Source of the DNA: Zoogloea sp. | GTDB lineage: Bacteria > Pseudomonadota > Gammaproteobacteria > Burkholderiales > Rhodocyclaceae | Direction: 5' to 3' | Assembly (NCBI RefSeq): GCF_028693495.1 | Contig: NZ_JAQUVG010000003.1 | Location: 8,416 to 72,415 of the forward strand | DNA: 64,000 bases | In this document: piece after piece, positions 1 to 6,401 of the stretch | How positions within the stretch are numbered: position 1 is the first letter of the stretch | Layout of the letters: the number at the start of each line of letters is the position of its first letter | Translations under genes and position numbers: made by a program | The notes under the pieces: model-generated | Databases searched by the model: none | Seen by the model: only the letters and a program-made list of their open reading frames with translations | What the model was told of the DNA's origin: nothing

Positions 1-191
1 GGTTTTCCCCCTGCGGATGGTCTCCCTTGCACCCGGATGCAGCTGCCCCGTCGCCGGATCCTTGAACACCAGCTCCAGCTCGGTGTGCTCCCGTACCTGC
101 ACCCGCCCGAAGTCCGTGCGTACCCCTTCCTTCAGGTTGTCACCCCCTGTGAACGTGGCATCCTCAAAACGGGAACGAGCACATCACTCAT
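1..191 (-). other. Possible 5' part of an unidentified protein gene running off the left edge; start unclear and possibly frameshifted
   Basis: The minus-strand frame reads ...FEDATFTGGDNLKEGVRTDFGRVQVREHTELELVFKDPATGQLHPGARETIRRGK with protein-like composition and G/C-rich third positions. Plus-strand alternatives are Ser/Cys/Arg/Pro-rich. The frame is closed upstream by TGA with no ATG. An ATG at 191-189 (MSDVLVPVL...) sits in a neighbouring frame across a TTTT run. Confidence 0.25.
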
Positions 192-571
192 GCACCAGGA
201 CAGGGCATGCGAACGTGATTGGTGCGCCCTCAGTCCAGTTCTAAACCCGCCTTGTAGCGCCAGGCCGACTGCCCTTTTTTTAGGCAGCCCTTAAAAACCT
301 TTCCAAATCATTCCCTTGAAAACAAGGCTCACACCTTATCCACAGCTTTGACCACGACCCCCGGGGATAACCCATCTCTTCCTTCCGCAAGTGAACAACA
401 TGGGTGGCCAACCCCACTCATCCTGAGCAGGATGCACACCGAAAGAACCACCCAGACCTAAATTGCACAAAATTTAAGCATCCAAAAAATTCTCATTGAA
501 ATCAATTCCCTGGCAAAAAATCTCACATTTTGTCCACAAGCCTGCCCACGGCGGACGGGGATAAAACCGGC

Positions 572-1864
572 TTATTCCACATCCTCCCGCATCTCCCACT
601 GGAAATTCACGCATTCCGGACGCCCGGGAATGTGCAGCCGGCTCGCCGCCGGCGGTGCGGAAGCCACCACACGTCCTGCCCGGAGCACCAGCCGCCGCGT
701 AGCCCTCAGGCGGATCGCCTCCACCGGATCCCGAGCCTGCAGGAGTACCAGATCGGCACGGCAACCCGGCGCAAGGCCATACCCCTCCAGCCCGAGAATG
801 CGCGCCGGCGTCTCCGTCACCGCAGCAAAGCAGGCGGCCATGCCCGCCTGGCTGGTCATCTGGGCCACGTGGAGGCCCATTGCCGCGACCTCAAGCATGT
901 CGCCGCTGCCCAGGGCATACCAGGGATCCATCACGCAGTCATGGCCAAAGGCCACCGACACGCCCGCCGCCAGGAGCTCCGGCACCCTGGTCATGCCACG
1001 ACGCCTGGGATAGCCGTCATGGCGGCCCTGCAGCGTAATGTTGATCAAGGGATTGGCAATGGCTGCAACCCCCGCCTCGGCGATCAAGGGGAGCAGCTTG
1101 GACACATAGTTGTTATCCATGGAATGCATGGACGTGAGATGCGATGCAGCCACCCGCCCCTGGAGCCCCAGTCGCTGGGCGTGATAAGCGAGGGTTTCGA
1201 TGTGGCGCGAGAAGGGATCGTCGGATTCGTCACAGTGCATGTCCACGGGCAGCCCCCGCTCTGCGGCCAGTTCGCAGAGGATGCGAACCGACTCTGCCCC
1301 TTCCGCCTGGGTACGCTCGAAATGCGGAATCCCGCCCACCACCTCCACGCCCAGGTCGAGGGCCCGTGTGAGGTGCTCCAGACTCCCCGGACACCTCAGC
1401 ACCCCATCCTGGGGAAAGGCAACCAGCTGGAGATCCAGATAGGGCTGCACCTGCGCCTTCACATGGAGCAGGGCTTCCACGGCCAGCAGGCGCGGATCAC
1501 ACACATCCACGTGGGAGCGGATGGCCAGGAGCCCCTGCGCCACCGCCCAGTCGCAGTAGGTCATGGCCCGCGCCACCAGGGTCTCCTGAGTCAATCGGGG
1601 CTTCAGCTCCCCCCACAGGGCGATCCCTTCCAGGAGGGTACCGGAGCGATTGACCCGGGGCAGGCCATAAGACAGGGTGGCGTCCATGTGGAAATGGGCA
1701 TCCACGAAAGGAGGTGTCACCAGTTGCCCCGCTGCGTCCACCTCCTCGTGTGCCCGGGCCGCCAGGGAAGGCTCGAGGGCAGCGATGCGCCCATCCAGAA
1801 TGCCTATGTCCAGGCCCCGGCGACCATCGGCCAGACTGCAATTGCGCAGGATGAGATCAAGCAT
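572..1864 (-). CDS. codA: Cytosine deaminase (amidohydrolase superfamily)
   Basis: 430-aa ORF collinear with E. coli CodA as I recall it. Shared motifs: PPFVDAHFHMD, SGTLLEGI, HVDV, LQLVAFPQDG, GGIPHFE, DMHCDESDD, AFGHDCVMDPWY. Confidence 0.88.
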   Translation of the reverse strand: MLDLILRNCSLADGRRGLDIGILDGRIAALEPSLAARAHEEVDAAGQLVTPPFVDAHFHMDATLSYGLPRVNRSGTLLEGIALWGELKPRLTQETLVARAMTYCDWAVAQGLLAIRSHVDVCDPRLLAVEALLHVKAQVQPYLDLQLVAFPQDGVLRCPGSLEHLTRALDLGVEVVGGIPHFERTQAEGAESVRILCELAAERGLPVDMHCDESDDPFSRHIETLAYHAQRLGLQGRVAASHLTSMHSMDNNYVSKLLPLIAEAGVAAIANPLINITLQGRHDGYPRRRGMTRVPELLAAGVSVAFGHDCVMDPWYALGSGDMLEVAAMGLHVAQMTSQAGMAACFAAVTETPARILGLEGYGLAPGCRADLVLLQARDPVEAIRLRATRRLVLRAGRVVASAPPAASRLHIPGRPECVNFQWEMREDVE

Positions 1865-2116
1865 GGTGACTCCTTTCTTGTGCGGGGTACTCAGCGCGTA
1901 CCGAAAATACGGTCTCCCACATCGCCCGGGCCGGGCACGATGCAGTTGTGATCACGAGAGGAACGAAGCAGGCCACGCGATGCCTTGCCCGTTTCCCCCA
2001 GCGTCACACCAAAATGAAAATTTTTCATCAATACGTGCGCAAATCCTGCGTTTCATGTATAGTGCGCGCCTCTGACACGCAACGCAAAACAACGCCAAGC
2101 GCTGATTCAGTCCCAT

Positions 2117-2192
2117 GCGGCAGTAGCTCAGTTGGTAGAGCGCAACCTTGCCAAGGTTGAGGTCGAGAGTTCGAGACTCTTCTGCCGCTCCA
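2117..2192 (+). tRNA. tRNA-Gly (anticodon GCC)
   Basis: 76 nt, GCGGCAGTAGCTCAGTTGGTAGAGC...CTTGCCAAG...GGTTCGAG...CCGCTCCA. Cloverleaf is consistent, the anticodon loop is CU-GCC-AA, and CCA is encoded. Confidence 0.95.
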
Positions 2193-2240
2193 GTTTCAAG
2201 CCTGTCAGGTGCATGTCTGACAACGCATGGCGCAGTTCAA

Positions 2241-2315
2241 GCTCATGTAGCTCAGTGGCAGAGCACTCCCTTGGTAAGGGAGAGGTCGGCAGTTCAATCC
2301 TGCCCATGAGCACCA
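2241..2315 (+). tRNA. tRNA-Thr (anticodon GGU)
   Basis: 75 nt, GCTCATGTAGCTCAGTGGCAGAGC...CTTGGTAAG...AGTTCAATCCTGCCCATGAGCACCA. Very close to the enterobacterial tRNA-Thr(GGU) pattern. Confidence 0.95.
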
Positions 2316-2322
2316 GTCGCCC

Positions 2323-2360
2323 GAAAGGCCGGTTCCCACGGAACCGGCCTTTCGTTTTTT
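2323..2360 (+). terminator. Rho-independent terminator after the tRNA pair
   Basis: Perfect 14-bp stem GAAAGGCCGGTTCC / GGAACCGGCCTTTC with a 3-nt loop, followed by GTTTTTT. Confidence 0.85.
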
Positions 2361-2428
2361 GGCGCCCCTCACAGATCAGAAGCCAGGGTACTGGTGGAGC
2401 AGGCCGGTTACGGCCCGCCCCCTAAGCC

Positions 2429-4750
2429 TCAATGGCGACTCTGGATTTCCTCGATGAAGCCCTGCATGCCGGTGCGGATGTTGGCGGCGTTGCCCTCGTC
2501 CGTATCAATATGCATGGCCAGGCGGTAGGCCGGATTCACCCGCACGACCACGTCGCCGAAGATCAGCTCCCGGTCCCCCTCGACGCGCACCCGCACCACA
2601 TACTTGTCACGGACGCGGAAGCGCCGGGCATCATCGGGCGACATGTGGATGTGGCGCTGGGCACAGATCACCCCGCGCTCGATGGTCGTGCTGCCAGCCG
2701 GCCCTTCCAGGGTCACGCCCGGCGTATTGGCCAGGTCACCGGACTCCCGGATGGGCGGCTGGACGCCAAGCTTGAACTGTTCGGTCATGGCAATTTCCAC
2801 CTGGGTTTCCTTGCGGGTGGGTCCGAGGACGCGCACATTGGCAATCCGCCCCTTGGGGCCTACCAGATGAACCTTTTCGGCACAGGCAAACTGACCTGGC
2901 TGGGACAGCTCATGCTCGGGCGTGAGCTGATGATCCTTGCCGAAGAGCTTTTCCACATCCGCCTGACACAGGTGCACATGGTGAGCTGAAATCTCGATGG
3001 GGATGGCCGGCGGCTCCTCAGCCCGGGACTCCAGCAACAGCTGGTTGCGTTCGATGGCCCGAAGAGTTTCCCAAGCCAGCAGACGCTGATGGTCATTGGC
3101 GATGACCAGGATGGTCACCGGGGAGTCGTCCGCCGAGATGGTGGCATGAGAGCCCACCATCTCCAGGTTGCGGTTCTTCTCCTCGTCCAGCTTGATGCCC
3201 ATGTAAGCCAGACCCTGACAGGCCAGGCTGCGTACGGCCGCACTGGTTTCACCCACATCGCCGGTAAAGGCCAGCACATCAATGCCCCCCATCGCCGCCA
3301 CATAGGCACCGATGTTCTTGCGCACCTGGTAGCAATAGGCCTTGTGGGCCAGCAGCGCACGGTGATGACCGTTGCTGGCCGCCGTCTCGATGTCGTGGAT
3401 GTTGCTGGAGATGCCGGAAATGCCCTTCAGGCCGCTGCCGGTATTGATCAGGCTGGACAGCTCCTGCGGGGACATGCCGTGCTGCTCCATGAGATGGATC
3501 ATCACCGCCGGATCAATGCTGCCGGAACGGCTGGCCATGATCACACCGTCGGTGGGCGTCATCCCCATCGAGGTATCCACCGAACGGCCATGATCGATGG
3601 CGCACAGGGACGAACCAATGCCCAGGTGGCAGGAGATGATCTCCAGCTCACCGAGAGGGCGCTTGAGCACCTCCGCCGACTTGAGGGATACATATCGGTG
3701 AGACGTGCCATGGAAGCCATAACGGCGGATACCCTCCTGTTTGTACAGGTCGTAGGGCAAGCCGTAGAGGTAGGCGTAGGGCGGCAGGGTCTGATGGAAA
3801 GCCGTATCGAAGACCGCCACATGGGGCACACCGGGCAGCTGCTTCATCGCCATCCGGATGCCGTCCACGTTCACCGGATTATGCAGGGGCGCAAACACCG
3901 ACAGGGATTCGATCTCCGAAATCACCTGAGGGGTGATCACCACCGCACTGGAAAACTTGTTTCCCCCATGGACAACCCGATGCCCCACCGCGCTCACGTC
4001 CTCGGGATGGAAGGCAAACGCGTCTCCCAGCAGGCGGGTAGATTCCTGGATGATCCGGAACAGCTCGGCCAGGACAAAGGGCTCACGCATCTGGGTACGG
4101 GTCTGGGTACCCACGGAGACGGTCACGCACGCCACGGCCGGGTCTGCATTGTCGATGATCCCATGGACATCCGACCCCAGATCCTTGGTGTCGTAAATGC
4201 CAAAATGGATCTGGCTGAGGCCCACGTTGAGGGCCACCACCTTGCCGGTGCTGCCAGTGTGCAGCGACAAGGCGTAGGGGTCATCGGTGCGGGGGGAGCC
4301 CTGAGCCTGTCCGGTGACGATATCCACCGACATCCGGCGCATCCGGTCCAGCAGCAGCCGGGAAAGATACGCCACGGCCTTGGGGTTGGTCAGGATCCGG
4401 GAATTGAAGACATCCTGAGGCACCAGCAGCACGTAGCAACGGTTACCGGCAATCACATCCGCAGCAAGCTTGTCGCCCGTGAGGATGGACATGACGCCGA
4501 ACACATCCCCCGGCCCCAACTGGCTGAGCACGGTGCGGGTGCCCGTATTGTCGGTGATGGAAATCTCCGCATGCCCGGTGATCAACACACCAAGGTATTT
4601 GCTGTCGTCGCCGGTTTCCAGGATCGCCTCATTACCCTCGTAGGTGGCCAGGCGGCCCCGGCTGACGATCTCCTCGACCCTGTCGGCCGGGAAGTGCTCG
4701 AAAAGGCGTACCTGTTCGAGGAAAAACCGTTTCAGATCAATTTCGCTCAC
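2429..4750 (-). CDS. Three-domain fusion protein: cNMP-binding-like effector domain + acetate/propionate kinase-family domain + PduL-type phosphate acyltransferase
   Basis: Single open frame. The N-terminal CAP-type domain reads LFEHF...GPGDVFGVMSILTGDKLAADVIA. Kinase signatures are RVVHGG, APLHNP, VAVFDTAFHQTLP, YGFHGTSHRYV and DTSMGMTP. PduL signatures are IEISAHHVHL, AQRHIHMSPDDA and MHIDTDEGNA. The start is set at in-frame GTG 4750 (VSEIDLKRF...). The ORF track's start at 4852 is a TTG adding 34 Cys/Ala-rich residues, so the start is uncertain. Confidence 0.85.
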   Translation of the reverse strand: MSEIDLKRFFLEQVRLFEHFPADRVEEIVSRGRLATYEGNEAILETGDDSKYLGVLITGHAEISITDNTGTRTVLSQLGPGDVFGVMSILTGDKLAADVIAGNRCYVLLVPQDVFNSRILTNPKAVAYLSRLLLDRMRRMSVDIVTGQAQGSPRTDDPYALSLHTGSTGKVVALNVGLSQIHFGIYDTKDLGSDVHGIIDNADPAVACVTVSVGTQTRTQMREPFVLAELFRIIQESTRLLGDAFAFHPEDVSAVGHRVVHGGNKFSSAVVITPQVISEIESLSVFAPLHNPVNVDGIRMAMKQLPGVPHVAVFDTAFHQTLPPYAYLYGLPYDLYKQEGIRRYGFHGTSHRYVSLKSAEVLKRPLGELEIISCHLGIGSSLCAIDHGRSVDTSMGMTPTDGVIMASRSGSIDPAVMIHLMEQHGMSPQELSSLINTGSGLKGISGISSNIHDIETAASNGHHRALLAHKAYCYQVRKNIGAYVAAMGGIDVLAFTGDVGETSAAVRSLACQGLAYMGIKLDEEKNRNLEMVGSHATISADDSPVTILVIANDHQRLLAWETLRAIERNQLLLESRAEEPPAIPIEISAHHVHLCQADVEKLFGKDHQLTPEHELSQPGQFACAEKVHLVGPKGRIANVRVLGPTRKETQVEIAMTEQFKLGVQPPIRESGDLANTPGVTLEGPAGSTTIERGVICAQRHIHMSPDDARRFRVRDKYVVRVRVEGDRELIFGDVVVRVNPAYRLAMHIDTDEGNAANIRTGMQGFIEEIQSRH

Positions 4751-5102
4751 GCTGATTCTCGCTTCCAAGGGGTATAGCCATGAATGACAGGATAGTCCTG
4801 CTGCTGCAATGCAGCAAAGAACAATCGCGGCGGCACCGGCGGGACTCCACAACTCCGTTGCGAAAGGGCGACGGCAGGCCTGACCACGAGTCTATGACAA
4901 TCCTATGACGAAAATAAGGCACACGCCGGGCCAGGCTGCCAGCGCTGCCAGATGACGCCGCGGAGCTGCCGGACGGACAACCGTACCCCCGGCTGCAGGG
5001 ATTCCACAATTTATTGGCGACGGCCGTTCCTGGCTCATTACCCGAGGGGCTGGCGGCAGGTGCCCTCAACCTCGTGATTGCCATCAACCACCGCCCGGAC
5101 CC

Positions 5103-6218
5103 TTACTTTGACCCGTGATTCAGAGGCTGGAACTCCCCGTTGCGGATCCGGGCGAAGAATACCTGCCGCTGGGTATCCCCGTTGGCATCGAAGACGATCT
5201 CCTGCTGGAGGCCCTGGTAAGGACCATACTTGAGCACAGCCTGCTTGGCAGACTCCCCGCGTTCGCGACGGCTCATGGCCGTAAACAGCACCATCGCCGC
5301 ATCGTAGGCACATACGGCGCTGTAGTCGGGGCGCTTGTTGAAGCGCTGGAAATAGGCCTCGCGAAATGCCGCATACCGCTCGGAACCATCATGGCGGTTG
5401 TAGTTCTCGATGATCACCAGCCCCTCCACCATTTCACCCCCCAATTCCAGCATCTGGAGGGACGCACCCCATTCAGCAGCAGCAATGGGCAGTTCGGGCG
5501 CCCGCTTGCGTGCCTGGTGGGCCAGCCTGGCCACGTCGATCCCTCCCGAGATGAACAGCAGCGCATCGGGCCGGGCCGACACCATGTCTGCCACGACCCG
5601 GGCAAAATCCAGGTCCACCCGGGATTCATAGGGAACAGCAACGACCAGAACGCCCCCGAGCTCGGTATAGAACCGACGGAATTCATTCAGCCAGGACTCC
5701 GTAAACACCTGGTTCCGCACATCGTAAGCAATCGCCATGCGCTTCTGCCCCATGCCCAAGAGCGTCTGGGCATAATCGCTGGCATTGTCACGGGTGGTTC
5801 GGTTGATACGGATCAGATTATCATCCTTGCCATGCAGCTCCATCGCCGTGATCGTCGGACTGATCGCCAACGTACCTGTCCGGGCCAGCACCGGCACCGC
5901 CGCCGCTGCCATGCCGCTGGAGAACGGGCCGATCACCGCCTCCACCTTCAGGGCAGCAAGCTCCTCCGCAGCACGGACAGCTGTCGCCGGTGTGGCGGCA
6001 TCATCCCTGGCGACCAGCCTGACCTTCCGGCCAGCAACGCCCCCAGCCCGATTGGTCTGCTCCACGGCCAGCTGAACACCATGGAGTCCCGATTCGCCGA
6101 CATCGGAATTACGGTCGGAAAGCCCTCCCAGGAAACCCACTACCAAGGGCGCCTCCTGGCTGCAGGCGGCCAGCCAAACAACCAGCATAAGGGACAGCAA
6201 GAAACAGGCTCTGGGCAT
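5103..6218 (-). CDS. Periplasmic solute-binding lipoprotein, LivK/Peripla_BP_6-like (branched-chain amino acid type ABC substrate-binding fold)
   Basis: Start moved to ATG 6218, giving the lipoprotein signal MPRACFLLSLMLVVWLAAC. The body (VVGFLGGLSDRNSDVGESGLHGVQLAVEQTNRAGGVAGRKVRLVARDD...VIGPFSSG) is typical of type I periplasmic binding proteins. No ABC permease or ATPase genes are adjacent. Confidence 0.82.
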   Translation of the reverse strand: MPRACFLLSLMLVVWLAACSQEAPLVVGFLGGLSDRNSDVGESGLHGVQLAVEQTNRAGGVAGRKVRLVARDDAATPATAVRAAEELAALKVEAVIGPFSSGMAAAAVPVLARTGTLAISPTITAMELHGKDDNLIRINRTTRDNASDYAQTLLGMGQKRMAIAYDVRNQVFTESWLNEFRRFYTELGGVLVVAVPYESRVDLDFARVVADMVSARPDALLFISGGIDVARLAHQARKRAPELPIAAAEWGASLQMLELGGEMVEGLVIIENYNRHDGSERYAAFREAYFQRFNKRPDYSAVCAYDAAMVLFTAMSRRERGESAKQAVLKYGPYQGLQQEIVFDANGDTQRQVFFARIRNGEFQPLNHGSK

Positions 6219-6401
6219 GGAGTTTCTCAAAAATTCAAAAAAGCCAACAATTTCACTAAAAATTTTAGTGTTTTTAACAAAAATATCAAATAATGATTTT
6301 TGCCTTGCGCTGTGACGAGATACGCTCTCCGCAAGACTTTCCAAGATGGGGATCTTCAAACACGCACAGCCACCACAGATGACCATATAGCCCGATCAAT
6401 C

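Noticed and set aside
240-590. Whether the DnaA-box cluster is the chromosomal replication origin itself.
   Set aside because: No dnaA, dnaN, gyrB, rpmH or other origin-linked genes are in the window, and I could not identify repeated AT-rich 13-mer-type unwinding elements. I keep it only as a candidate DnaA-binding locus; calling it oriC is not supported.
530-1951. 473-aa plus-strand ORF opposite codA. The same pattern recurs at 3089-4777 (+), 5115-6293 (+), 7002-7925 (-), 8172-9410 (-), 9489-10451 (-), 15073-16236 (-), 16224-17123 (-), 24431-26023 (+), 34950-36323 (+) and 37425-38843 (-).
   Set aside because: All are antisense or off-frame to genes with strong family signatures, and all have His/Arg/Gly/Pro/Gln-rich compositions. 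I treat them as compositional artefacts. Only ribosome profiling could overturn this.
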